Source of the DNA: a virus
DNA: 64,000 nt
Strand: one strand, 5' to 3'
IMG/VR virus record: IMGVR_UViG_3300045131_002907
Coordinates: 11,425-75,424 of that record
The position numbers and the translations under genes were made by a program. The first letter of the stretch is position 1. Each line of letters opens with the position of its first letter. Below, piece after piece: positions 30,707-39,265 of this stretch. The notes under the pieces are model-generated. The model was not told where the DNA came from and made no database searches. It saw nothing but the letters and a program-made list of their open reading frames with translations.

Positions 30707-32398
30707 TTAGACCCCGAGGCCGTAGGCCGCGGTTCCCGGGCCGGCGTTGGCACCCGGGGGTTGCGTAGCAGGTGCATTCGTAGCGCCCGCGGCAGCATTG
30801 GCTACATTTCCGCTGTTGATGTTACTGCTGGGACCTACTTGCATCTGGCGGGAGTTGAGAATGTTGCCATCACCACCGTTATCAGGAGCCGTATTATTGG
30901 GGGGAACAAGCGGGGAATCAAACAGCCTCTTTCCACCATTGGGGAGTTGGACTGCATCGGGAGGCTTGACGTTTTCACCGGTACCACCTAGGTAAGCCCC
31001 TCCAGTGGAGTTCGGAGAACCATGTTGATCTGGTGTATCCGCTTGTCCCTCTGTTTTCTCGAACACTGAGGCATGGCCGGCGTCAGGTTTAGTCGCTTCC
31101 TGCTGGGCTGGATCCGTGGGTGCCCCGGAGAGCGAGGGTTGCCCCGTAGGACCCTGCGTGGGAGGCTGACCCATAGTACCCATAGTACCCGGAGGCATCA
31201 CAGCCGGCGCCGGCATGGGGGCACCAGAGGTCTTGACCATATTGGGGTCAGTGAGGTGCTGGGGGTTCCCGAGGTTCTTGGCACCCTGGCTTACCGGAGC
31301 CTCAGACTTCGTGAGACTAAGGCGTTTATAGATATCGGCATCCAAGGGATGCGATGCCTTCTTCTGAACCCCTGCGGCCTTGCAGAGCAAGTCGGCGTCG
31401 GGTCGGGGCAGTGTGGGGAGAACTCCGGCGAGTTTGAGCTTCGACATCTTGGCGAGTTCGGGATCCACGACTTCCAGGGCTTCCTTGGTCAGGAAGTGGA
31501 CATTGACTGTGCTACCATTCTGGAGGTCGACTTCACCACCACGGTGGACTTCGCCGGCGTGCTTGATCATTGGGGTTGTCAGATCCAGCATTTCCTCGGG
31601 GAGCGTGACGCCATCATCGGCATCACTGTAATGCGCCGCCAATTTGAGTTCACGATCGAAACGATCGGTGAGGGTGAGGACGTCCTGTACGAGTTCGTGG
31701 TTGTAACGGAGATGTGGGGCATCCGCGATGGCGCCAAGTGCAGCGGCGAGTTTTTCAGAGGCCACTTTCTTGGAACCCGGGAGGCGGTTGAGACGGCATA
31801 CCAAACTGTTCGTGATGGCTTCTTGGGAGGGGAACGCGTAACCCGCGGCTTTGTGCAAATAGGTGCTGACATTGCCGGGGATCTCACCGATGACTCCGAA
31901 TCGAGTCGCCCGAGCAATGAGCTCTTTGGCAGTCTTTTGACGCCAGGGCAACGGATACTTGTGACGGTTGTCATAGAACGCGGAAGCCGCACGAGTCGTG
32001 GTGTCACCATCGTAGGCCGCGTACTTCTTCAACATGGTACCCTGGTGGACTTCGTTGAGTGCGAAGTCGCTGGAGCCCAGGGTTCGGGGTTCCGCGGCCG
32101 CCGCGATCTTTTTCTGTGCGGCGACGACGTCGTCGGTGATCTGCCAGAACCGAGCAAACTTCATGATGCCCTGTTCGGTTTCCGTGTTATAGGGTTTCCC
32201 GGCGGCGCGTGCCGAGGCCACTTTAGCAGCGCTCAGGAACGTGGCCTCCTTGGAATTACAGGGCAGGGTGCCCTGGATGCCATCTGCACAGGCCTGGGGG
32301 AGCACGGGGGCATCCTCGGCGACTTGTTCAGAGGCGGCTTTCACGTAACTTGGACGCCCGGTTACACCAAGCAACACGTGCAGATCGGTAAGTGACAT
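30707..32398 (-). CDS. Hypothetical protein with recurrent KxA motifs and low-complexity C-terminus (possible head/internal protein)
   Basis: SD AAGGAG upstream of the ATG and phage-like codon use. Confidence 0.6.
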   Translation of the reverse strand: MSLTDLHVLLGVTGRPSYVKAASEQVAEDAPVLPQACADGIQGTLPCNSKEATFLSAAKVASARAAGKPYNTETEQGIMKFARFWQITDDVVAAQKKIAAAAEPRTLGSSDFALNEVHQGTMLKKYAAYDGDTTTRAASAFYDNRHKYPLPWRQKTAKELIARATRFGVIGEIPGNVSTYLHKAAGYAFPSQEAITNSLVCRLNRLPGSKKVASEKLAAALGAIADAPHLRYNHELVQDVLTLTDRFDRELKLAAHYSDADDGVTLPEEMLDLTTPMIKHAGEVHRGGEVDLQNGSTVNVHFLTKEALEVVDPELAKMSKLKLAGVLPTLPRPDADLLCKAAGVQKKASHPLDADIYKRLSLTKSEAPVSQGAKNLGNPQHLTDPNMVKTSGAPMPAPAVMPPGTMGTMGQPPTQGPTGQPSLSGAPTDPAQQEATKPDAGHASVFEKTEGQADTPDQHGSPNSTGGAYLGGTGENVKPPDAVQLPNGGKRLFDSPLVPPNNTAPDNGGDGNILNSRQMQVGPSSNINSGNVANAAAGATNAPATQPPGANAGPGTAAYGLGV

Positions 32399-34874
32399 GC
32401 GAATCTCCTTGACGGCTACCCTGGATCAGCTCGGCACCCATGGTGTCGGTATGGCTGCATCTTCGGTGAGATGTCTGATGTGTCAAACCGACCTCGGCCT
32501 CGCCACCCGGGGCCCCCACTACTTGGCATGCAGCCATTGTGGGTTCGTCGGCGACGCCATCCATTACTTCGCCGGGGTCCGCAAGATGTCCATCGCGGAC
32601 GCCATCTCATCCCTGGAGATCGTGGAAGCCGTAACCCCGGATACCCGGCAGGAGGTCAGCGACTACCTATTCGTCGCCGAGGAACAGGCCAGGCTTCGTA
32701 GGCTCCTCAAGGCAGGCCGCAGTTACTACTCAGATTTCCCAGGAAATATCCGACAGATCTGCGAGGATTACGGGTGCTGGTTCAGCGAACCCGCGGGGCA
32801 GGCGGGATCCAACTACCACGTCGCCATGATTGCCCAGATGCTCGAGGATCACGACATCGAGATCCCGAAGTCAGCGAAATCGGCGATGCAGACCTGGGGG
32901 AAGTACGCGGCTATCGCGATTCCCGCATACTCGGAGTGGAGGATTGTGGGGTTCTGGCTTGTCCTCCCCAAGAGGGCGAACCTCGCCGATAAAACCCTGG
33001 CGACATGGACTTACCTCAGTCTCTACCCCGGTAAGGCCATGGGGTACGCCAACCTCGTCGGTGATGATCACGATACCTCATTCGTGGTCAGGGATCCCTC
33101 GGTGGCCTTTCGGTTCAATATGCGGCAGTGGGCCGATGGTGGCATCAAGGCCCCATTCGTGGTCGCCACGGAGACCCCCTCGTTGTTCCACCTCACGGGT
33201 ACCCAGCCCGTTTTTGTTCCCAGCCTCCTCGCCGAACGCGCTGAGGTCTTCCATGGTGCCCTTGGGGTTCTAGGTGCGGGGTGTCTATGGTACTCCCCGG
33301 ATGCCCGGGATGCCCACATCCTCTTTGATTTCTACGAAGGCTTTGGTCGCCCCGGGCTGACCTCCTCAGGTATCGTGAACTCCATGATCCGGGCATCGCT
33401 GCCGCCGCATGAGGCCATGGGAAGACTTCTCCTCGCCCAGGACATCAAGATGGCCCAGAAGATGGTGGCCGCGTACTCGATACCCCTGGCGCACCGCAAC
33501 CAGATCCTGACCTACTTTGAGGGCGCCGATCTCCGGGATCTCAAAGCACTCTTTGTTACCGACGATGCCCCGCGTTCCGTGGACATCGATGGTAAGATTA
33601 TCACGGAACGCAGCGATGGCTGGTACCACGGCAACTCCCTGATCTCATCAGTGATCCTGGTAATCAAGGAGATCACCACGGATCCCGTGAAGAAAACCCA
33701 TGTGGCCTCGGGAACCCTGACCTTCAAAGGGAAGACCTGGAATCTTGATGCAGATTACGATGCCCTCAGGAAGAACCCGGCGAAATGGATCGAGGACTTC
33801 ATCTTGCTCAGGAGTGGCAACGACATCCCGTTTATGAAGCCGGCGTGGGCGCGTGAGCTCCTCAGAATCGCAGCCGCATTCAATGCCCCGACGAGATCCA
33901 CATTGGCAGCGACCTATGGGTGGCAGCGGGATTCCGGGGTGCTCTGCATGCCCCACTTCTCCGTGCTGCCCTCTGGGGTAGTCATGACGGAATCCCGGCT
34001 CAGCGGACCCCAGATCCAGGCCCCAGTCAACCTGGGATCCCGGCAATGGGCGGCCTGGGATTACGTCGAGTTCGCCACGATGGCAGTCGTTCTCACCGGT
34101 AACCTGATGCGGACCCGTGAGGGCCTCGGGGGCACCGGGATCGTGGTCCACAGTGCCCAGCACGTCGTCGAGAAGGTTGCTGGGGTCCTCGGGATCCACG
34201 TGGTCACCGATCCCGACGCCGGCGCCCTGGCCAGGCACGCCGAGAACCCCCTGGTGATGCCGGTGACCTGGAGTTCCCAGGAAGTCATGGAAGCCGCCTT
34301 GAAGCCCCATGGTCCCAAGAACATCTTGGTCTCCGCGGATCGCCTCCAGCACAAGCTGCTCAGGTTGCATCCGGGGTGGGCATGTCTGGATATCTACGAT
34401 GTCCCCTGCGTCGAGAACCTGAACACGATATTCCTACTCCTCCCCGATCTCCTCACGAAATCGAAGTCGGGGTTTGACACCAACCCAGTTGGATTCTACA
34501 GCAGGGTCGCCGGGGATCTCGCCAATGCCTTGCGTGCCCGGAAAGTGGATCCCGCTGCGGTGCTCCAAGCGGGCTCCGACCTCGGCAGGGTGTTTGCGAC
34601 CCCAGATAACTCGGGTGGGCTTGTCCTCGCCCACCTCTGGAGCGGGGTCGACGCCGGGGGGCTCCACGTCGAAACCAAAGAAGGCGTCGTCGTCTTCAAC
34701 CGCACCGAGGTTTCCAGGCTGTTTATGACCCCTGGGCTGCCCAGGCTGGAAATGGCGTTCATTGAGCGCCTCCTGATCCGGGCCAACCTCCTGGTCAAGA
34801 ATACCCCCACGGAATGGGGTATCGAGGAACGCACCCTGAATATCTATTCCTCGATATTCATTGAAACCACTTAA
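32397..34874 (+). CDS. Primase-like protein with N-terminal Zn finger
   Basis: CLMC...CSHCGFVGDAIHYFA resembles the CHC2 Zn-finger of primases. Confidence 0.5.
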   Translation: MRISLTATLDQLGTHGVGMAASSVRCLMCQTDLGLATRGPHYLACSHCGFVGDAIHYFAGVRKMSIADAISSLEIVEAVTPDTRQEVSDYLFVAEEQARLRRLLKAGRSYYSDFPGNIRQICEDYGCWFSEPAGQAGSNYHVAMIAQMLEDHDIEIPKSAKSAMQTWGKYAAIAIPAYSEWRIVGFWLVLPKRANLADKTLATWTYLSLYPGKAMGYANLVGDDHDTSFVVRDPSVAFRFNMRQWADGGIKAPFVVATETPSLFHLTGTQPVFVPSLLAERAEVFHGALGVLGAGCLWYSPDARDAHILFDFYEGFGRPGLTSSGIVNSMIRASLPPHEAMGRLLLAQDIKMAQKMVAAYSIPLAHRNQILTYFEGADLRDLKALFVTDDAPRSVDIDGKIITERSDGWYHGNSLISSVILVIKEITTDPVKKTHVASGTLTFKGKTWNLDADYDALRKNPAKWIEDFILLRSGNDIPFMKPAWARELLRIAAAFNAPTRSTLAATYGWQRDSGVLCMPHFSVLPSGVVMTESRLSGPQIQAPVNLGSRQWAAWDYVEFATMAVVLTGNLMRTREGLGGTGIVVHSAQHVVEKVAGVLGIHVVTDPDAGALARHAENPLVMPVTWSSQEVMEAALKPHGPKNILVSADRLQHKLLRLHPGWACLDIYDVPCVENLNTIFLLLPDLLTKSKSGFDTNPVGFYSRVAGDLANALRARKVDPAAVLQAGSDLGRVFATPDNSGGLVLAHLWSGVDAGGLHVETKEGVVVFNRTEVSRLFMTPGLPRLEMAFIERLLIRANLLVKNTPTEWGIEERTLNIYSSIFIETT

Positions 34875-35737
34875 ATAGAGTAGTCAACGCTGGGAGCATG
34901 CGACCCTGTTAGAAGTTGTGGTGGGTTGTGTTTCATATAGGCATCCCACGCGAACTGCGGGATGCCTAAAGCAATGAATAGTTCATCTACCGTTATTTTT
35001 GAACATAGTAGGAATTTACTAAAACGGTTCCTGATCCTTGTTTCTTTTTTAATGCGATCTACGTTTACTTGGCGTAATTCTCTTTTGACACGTGCTGCCT
35101 CTCGCCGTGCCTCCCTTGTTTCTTTTTTAATGCGATCTACGTTTACTTGGCGTAATTCTCTTTTGACACGTGCTGCCTCTCGCCGTGCCTCCCTTTTAGT
35201 ATTAGCGGCTTTTTTAAGCGCATCTCTTTTAATACGTGTGGCTTCTCTTAAAGCATTACTATGATACGTGCGATGCGCTGTGCGTGGGATGAGTATGCAG
35301 TTTTCGGGGCAGTAATCAGATTTCGGATCGACGCGATGAACGTCACATTCGATGTCTGCACCTTGAGACACGACCCACCCAAGGAAGCTAACAAGTGACT
35401 CGAACTTGTTGGATATCCCCCGTTCGCCATATCGCTTTGCATGTCTATTGCTAGGGTTGCATCGAGAACAAATCCCCTGGTATCTAGCAGTCCATACACG
35501 CCTCACTTTATCATCTGGGATTATTTGCTTGGACGTGCACCCTGCTGCGTCCTTGAGGTAATCGGATCCCAGCTTAATCCCTGCGCATGTGGCGCAGTAG
35601 TGCACCCTACGCTTAACCAGTTTATCCTTTCGATATACCTGGGATCCGCCGCAGGAATCACATTTCCCAAAAACGTATGTCTTGTTGCCTTGTCGGTGAC
35701 TCGACCCGGTTATAGTTATTCCCGAGAAAGATAGCAT
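34871..35737 (-). CDS. Free-standing HNH homing endonuclease
   Basis: RC...YGERGI...F..W...VHRVD...YCPENC pattern, SD AGGAG at ATG 35737, AT-rich relative to flanks. Confidence 0.75.
   Translation of the reverse strand: MLSFSGITITGSSHRQGNKTYVFGKCDSCGGSQVYRKDKLVKRRVHYCATCAGIKLGSDYLKDAAGCTSKQIIPDDKVRRVWTARYQGICSRCNPSNRHAKRYGERGISNKFESLVSFLGWVVSQGADIECDVHRVDPKSDYCPENCILIPRTAHRTYHSNALREATRIKRDALKKAANTKREARREAARVKRELRQVNVDRIKKETREARREAARVKRELRQVNVDRIKKETRIRNRFSKFLLCSKITVDELFIALGIPQFAWDAYMKHNPPQLLTGSHAPSVDYSI
35036..35195. repeat. Perfect 78-bp tandem duplication within the HNH gene
   Basis: Copies start at 35036 and 35114. The peptide REARREAARVKRELRQVNVDRIKKET appears twice. Confidence 0.95.
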
Positions 35738-35933
35738 ATAAACTCCTGTCTGCCACGCATGGCACACCAAAGATACATGGTTACACTGGGGCCACAACCC
35801 CCTAGGATTAGCCCTCCCCCCTGGGGGGAGGTCCCCCCGGGGGGTATCTAAATAAAACCCCGTTTTGTCGTATATTATAGTGATGGAACTAAGTAGTTCT
35901 GGCTCACCCCAGACCTGCATCTCCACCACCCAC

Positions 35934-35973
35934 CAAGGAAACCCTTGCACCTCATCGTGCAAGGGTTTCCTTG
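35934..35973. promoter_or_regulatory. Perfect 17-bp stem-loop
   Basis: CAAGGAAACCCTTGCAC-ctcatc-GTGCAAGGGTTTCCTTG. Confidence 0.7.
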
Positions 35974-35991
35974 TAGTTAGGAGTCCGCGTC

Positions 35992-36023
35992 AACCCTCAA
36001 TGCGCTACGCGCGCACAAAGGAG
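35992..36023 (+). promoter_or_regulatory. Repeated leader motif, copy 1 (hairpin plus SD)
   Basis: AACCCTCAATGCGCTACGCGCGCACAAAGGAG, with a near-identical copy at 36546. Confidence 0.7.
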
Positions 36024-36029
36024 CATAAC

Positions 36030-36353
36030 GTGAAAAACCTGAAAAAACTAATGGAGGCGCATGCCGGGTTTTCCGCCGCCCTAGAATCCATTAAGGGATC
36101 TGGGGAGGAAGAGCTGGAAACCCTGGCACGAGAAGGCCAGGAGATCGCAGGACATCGAATCCAGTGGGCGCTGTGCTATACGCCCACTGCACCGGAAGCC
36201 GCCGAGGCCCGCCTGCTCGTGGCAAAGAATCGAATTGAAGAGCTCGAGGCCGAATACGATCGCCGCAGCGATCGAGGCCTCGACACCTTCGAGACCTCGG
36301 AGGAGCTGGCCAAGCTCCGCGCCGAGGTCTACCAAACCGATGTGGCGGCCTAG
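36030..36353 (+). CDS. Hypothetical early protein
   Basis: SD AAGGAG followed by GTG. Confidence 0.6.
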   Translation: MKNLKKLMEAHAGFSAALESIKGSGEEELETLAREGQEIAGHRIQWALCYTPTAPEAAEARLLVAKNRIEELEAEYDRRSDRGLDTFETSEELAKLRAEVYQTDVAA

Positions 36354-36393
36354 GCCGTCACACTGGATCAAAACCAATAAGGAGGCCAGCCAT

Positions 36394-36539
36394 GCCACCT
36401 GCCCCCTAATCCGGGGCGCACATCGAGAGCACGCCGCAAGGCGTGTAAGACCCCGGCTTCGGCCGGCCCGGTCTCAAGTCCGGGAGTCAGGGGTGGTCCC
36501 CCTGAGTCTTCGGGTTACCCCTACGCCGTTGTAGGTGGC
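36394..36539 (+). ncRNA. Candidate structured RNA
   Basis: 9-bp closing helix GCCACCTGC/GTAGGTGGC enclosing GCAA- and TTCG-tetraloop hairpins. Confidence 0.4.
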
Positions 36540-36545
36540 CCCGCT

Positions 36546-36577
36546 AACCCTCAATGCGCTACGTGCGCATAAAGGAA
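36546..36577 (+). promoter_or_regulatory. Repeated leader motif, copy 2
   Basis: AACCCTCAATGCGCTACGTGCGCATAAAGGAA. Confidence 0.7.
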
Positions 36578-36583
36578 ATCACC

Positions 36584-36958
36584 ATGTCTAGTCTCGAATG
36601 CCTTTTAGCAAGTCATGAAGACCTGGTAGCCGCGCTGCCGGGATGTCCTGACATCGCCTTCCGCGAGGCTCTGTGCCTTGTTGAAGACACCGTGGCGCGC
36701 TGCGAACGCGCCGTCGGGTTGAAGCCTGGACTGAAGGGGATGCCCCACTGGGAACAACGCCTCACCTTCGCCAATGGCGTTGTTCGCGGTGCAGAGACGT
36801 CTCTGCTCCGCAAAAAAGGAACACCTGGCTACAACCAACGCAGTGAGGCCTGGGTTCGTGGTCGCAAGGCGATGATCGCCCAGACCACCAAGGCGGTGAC
36901 CCATGCGGCTCGCCTGTACATGGAAGTAGTACGCCACAACCGCGGCGTCCTCCCATGA
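36584..36958 (+). CDS. Hypothetical early protein
   Basis: SD AAGGA followed by ATG. Confidence 0.6.
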   Translation: MSSLECLLASHEDLVAALPGCPDIAFREALCLVEDTVARCERAVGLKPGLKGMPHWEQRLTFANGVVRGAETSLLRKKGTPGYNQRSEAWVRGRKAMIAQTTKAVTHAARLYMEVVRHNRGVLP

Positions 36959-37158
36959 AAGGGACACTCATCAAAGCTGCGTACAACTGTGCTGCCATGG
37001 CAGGTATCGCAGTTGTGACCACAATCATCGCCTGCGCTGTTGTTGGCATCAATGCCGACAACAGCGCATTCACGGATCTGGTGATCGCTGCCATTGGCGG
37101 CGGCATCACCATTGGAGGCCTCGTCACCGCATTTGGTGGCGATGTCCGCATTATCTAA
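36955..37158 (+). CDS. Small two-TM membrane protein
   Basis: Two hydrophobic segments and ATGA coupling. Confidence 0.55.
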   Translation: MKGTLIKAAYNCAAMAGIAVVTTIIACAVVGINADNSAFTDLVIAAIGGGITIGGLVTAFGGDVRII

Positions 37159-37197
37159 CCCCCTCACGGCGCCATAGCCGCGCCCAAGGAGTATATC

Positions 37198-38061
37198 ATG
37201 GAAAAGTTAATTTATACAAATTCCATCTGCCCCCGTCGTGACGACGTCGGGGCACTCCGCAGCCTCGCTGCGGAAACCATGAAGAAGGGGCTCATCAGCC
37301 GTACCCCAGGGGTCCAGATCGGGAGTGATCTCCTGCTCCGGGCTTCCGGGGCCAAGAAGATCGTGTCCAGGCCGGTCGAATCCGGGAAGGTCAAACTCCC
37401 CAACATCGGGAAGCTGACCGTTTACAAGGTCTACGCCGATGGTGTCGACCTCGGGTACCAGGTCTCGGAGACCGATGCCGAGGGCCATGAGACCTTGGTC
37501 GGCGAAAGGGTGCGAACCCTGGAAGCCGGCAAGGCCTTTGCCAAGAACACGGGCGCCCCCGAGAGCAATCAGTTCGTGGCCTTGTGGGCATCTCACCACA
37601 TTGTCCATGCCACCCGGCGTCTACGCATCCAGCGGAGGTCTGAAGACCGGGTCTGGATCCCTGCAGTGGGTTCCGCCCTGGTCTCCAAAGGGCAACCCCT
37701 GGGATACGTCGACATCAACGACCTCCCTAAAACGGAGGAGGAAGAACGTGAAGAGGAGGCCTGCGCGCTCCTCAAGCACGTGGCTTCTTGGAAAGCCTTG
37801 GAGACACTGGGGCTCCCCGCTCTCCGGCGTATGGCCGTGGCACTGGGGGCGGCTCCGCAAAGCATCTTGGAGCCGAGGGTCATAGACCTGAATGAGCACC
37901 CCGATCTGCTGGGCCTGCGGAACAGCACTGAAAGCCAGGATCTCATGCAGGCCATCCTGCCGCGGATACAGGCTGCATTGAACACGGGGCGTGCCCCCGC
38001 AGGGGTCATCGAAGCCCTGCGTATTTTTGCCACTCAGGGAGTTGAAGCGGGGGTCGCATGA
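37198..38061 (+). CDS. Hypothetical protein
   Basis: SD AAGGAG followed by ATG. Confidence 0.65.
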   Translation: MEKLIYTNSICPRRDDVGALRSLAAETMKKGLISRTPGVQIGSDLLLRASGAKKIVSRPVESGKVKLPNIGKLTVYKVYADGVDLGYQVSETDAEGHETLVGERVRTLEAGKAFAKNTGAPESNQFVALWASHHIVHATRRLRIQRRSEDRVWIPAVGSALVSKGQPLGYVDINDLPKTEEEEREEEACALLKHVASWKALETLGLPALRRMAVALGAAPQSILEPRVIDLNEHPDLLGLRNSTESQDLMQAILPRIQAALNTGRAPAGVIEALRIFATQGVEAGVA

Positions 38062-38246
38062 TTCCCCAACGCAACGTCCAATGGTCAAAAACGCAGCCCA
38101 CGGATAACCCCCCGGGGTATCAGTGGGCTGCGGTCAGGGGCCCCAACGGGGAACCCCTTCGACGCAAGGGAGCCCTGAAATGGGAACTCCTGAGCGTTGA
38201 TAAAAATCCAGGTCGCAAGGCCTGCCCAGCGCAAGCTGGTACATAA
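38058..38246 (+). CDS. Small hypothetical protein
   Basis: ATGA coupling. Confidence 0.45.
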   Translation: MIPQRNVQWSKTQPTDNPPGYQWAAVRGPNGEPLRRKGALKWELLSVDKNPGRKACPAQAGT

Positions 38247-38279
38247 TGAGCCCTCGGGCTTAATTATGAAAAGTTAAAC

Positions 38280-38342
38280 ACATGCCTCCTCTGATATCAC
38301 GGGGTTCCCCTGTGGTATTAGAGGGGGCATGTTGTTTTCTTT
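38280..38342 (+). terminator. Long hairpin terminator
   Basis: 25-bp stem with four G-U pairs and no mismatches, followed by TGTTTTCTTT. Confidence 0.7.
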
Positions 38343-38421
38343 ACCTATGACTAATCCAATAGTCTCGACGCTGGAGACTATTGGGGTAGACAGTGGGCGA
38401 AAACCTGATTTACTGGGAGTC

Positions 38422-38883
38422 ATGTCGCAGCCAGATCTCATCGTGATTGGTGGAGCCGTGGGCGCCCGTTGGGGTGGCCCCGTGGGCTGGGCTGCGTTCA
38501 TCATTGTCCCGAGTACCGGGGAAACCAAGAAGATCGTGGACGGCAGTGCCGAGGCCACTCAGGACGACGCCGACGTCATGCCGTTTGCCGCCGCGATTCA
38601 GTGGTGGCACAACACGCACAACACGGGTCTCAAGAAAACGAGTCCTCAGGTCCTCTGCATCACCGATGCCCCTGATGTCATCACCGCTGGTGTGAACCCC
38701 TGGAAGCGAAACCTGGCCTCGGACTGGAGGTTCATCACCTGGTTTGAGACCCGGGGCTACGAGATCTCGTGGACCTGGGAATCCAGGTATGAACATCTCC
38801 CCATTATCCAGGAGGCCCTCCATGCTCGTCAAAAGTTCCAAGCTGTCGGAGCTTCTACCCCCGGGTGCCTTCAATTTCAGTGA
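38422..38883 (+). CDS. RNase H-fold protein, probably degenerate; start uncertain
   Basis: IVIGGAVG...GWAAFII...VLCITD pattern parallels RNase HI but lacks the first Asp. Confidence 0.5.
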   Translation: MSQPDLIVIGGAVGARWGGPVGWAAFIIVPSTGETKKIVDGSAEATQDDADVMPFAAAIQWWHNTHNTGLKKTSPQVLCITDAPDVITAGVNPWKRNLASDWRFITWFETRGYEISWTWESRYEHLPIIQEALHARQKFQAVGASTPGCLQFQ

Positions 38884-39265
38884 TCTCCGGTCACCCCGGG
38901 CACGAAGACCTCGCAGGGATCACGGGCTTCTCAAGATCACGAAGACGCACATCAAGATTCCATGTGAACTGTTCCCCGAATACGGGGAGCGCTTCACGGT
39001 GTCAGCTGTGTTGTATAACAACTGCATCTGGTTGGTGCCCACCTCGGATGGTCTCCTGGTGACCCGGATGAGCCCCCTTGCCTACCGGATCTATAGGAAG
39101 CCCAGTCATCCCAACATATTCAAGATCGGGGTCTACACCCCGTTCCGGGATGACATCGTTGAGGGGATCAAAGCGGTCAGGATCCCAGGTGCTGTCGCCG
39201 CGGGGGCCCGAGAAATCGACAACATGGCGCATTGGCGTCAGCGGACATCATCTGGTAACCACTGA
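38822..39265 (+). CDS. Hypothetical protein
   Basis: SD AGGAGG followed by ATG at 38822. Confidence 0.45.
   Translation: MLVKSSKLSELLPPGAFNFSDLRSPRARRPRRDHGLLKITKTHIKIPCELFPEYGERFTVSAVLYNNCIWLVPTSDGLLVTRMSPLAYRIYRKPSHPNIFKIGVYTPFRDDIVEGIKAVRIPGAVAAGAREIDNMAHWRQRTSSGNH

Noticed and set aside
31073-32395. 440-aa + strand ORF
   Set aside because: Antisense shadow of 30707..32398, which has the SD and normal codon bias. No motifs.
35738-35962. N-terminal extension of the HNH ORF in the ORF track
   Set aside because: It runs through palindromic non-coding DNA, and the SD supports ATG 35737.
36394-36539. Specific call as twister ribozyme, c-di-GMP riboswitch or tRNA
   Set aside because: Only partial resemblance. 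The required pseudoknots or cloverleaf could not be built, so it is kept as an unassigned structured RNA.
35036-36577. Repeats considered as a CRISPR array
   Set aside because: Only two copies each, with no regular repeat-spacer pattern and no cas genes.
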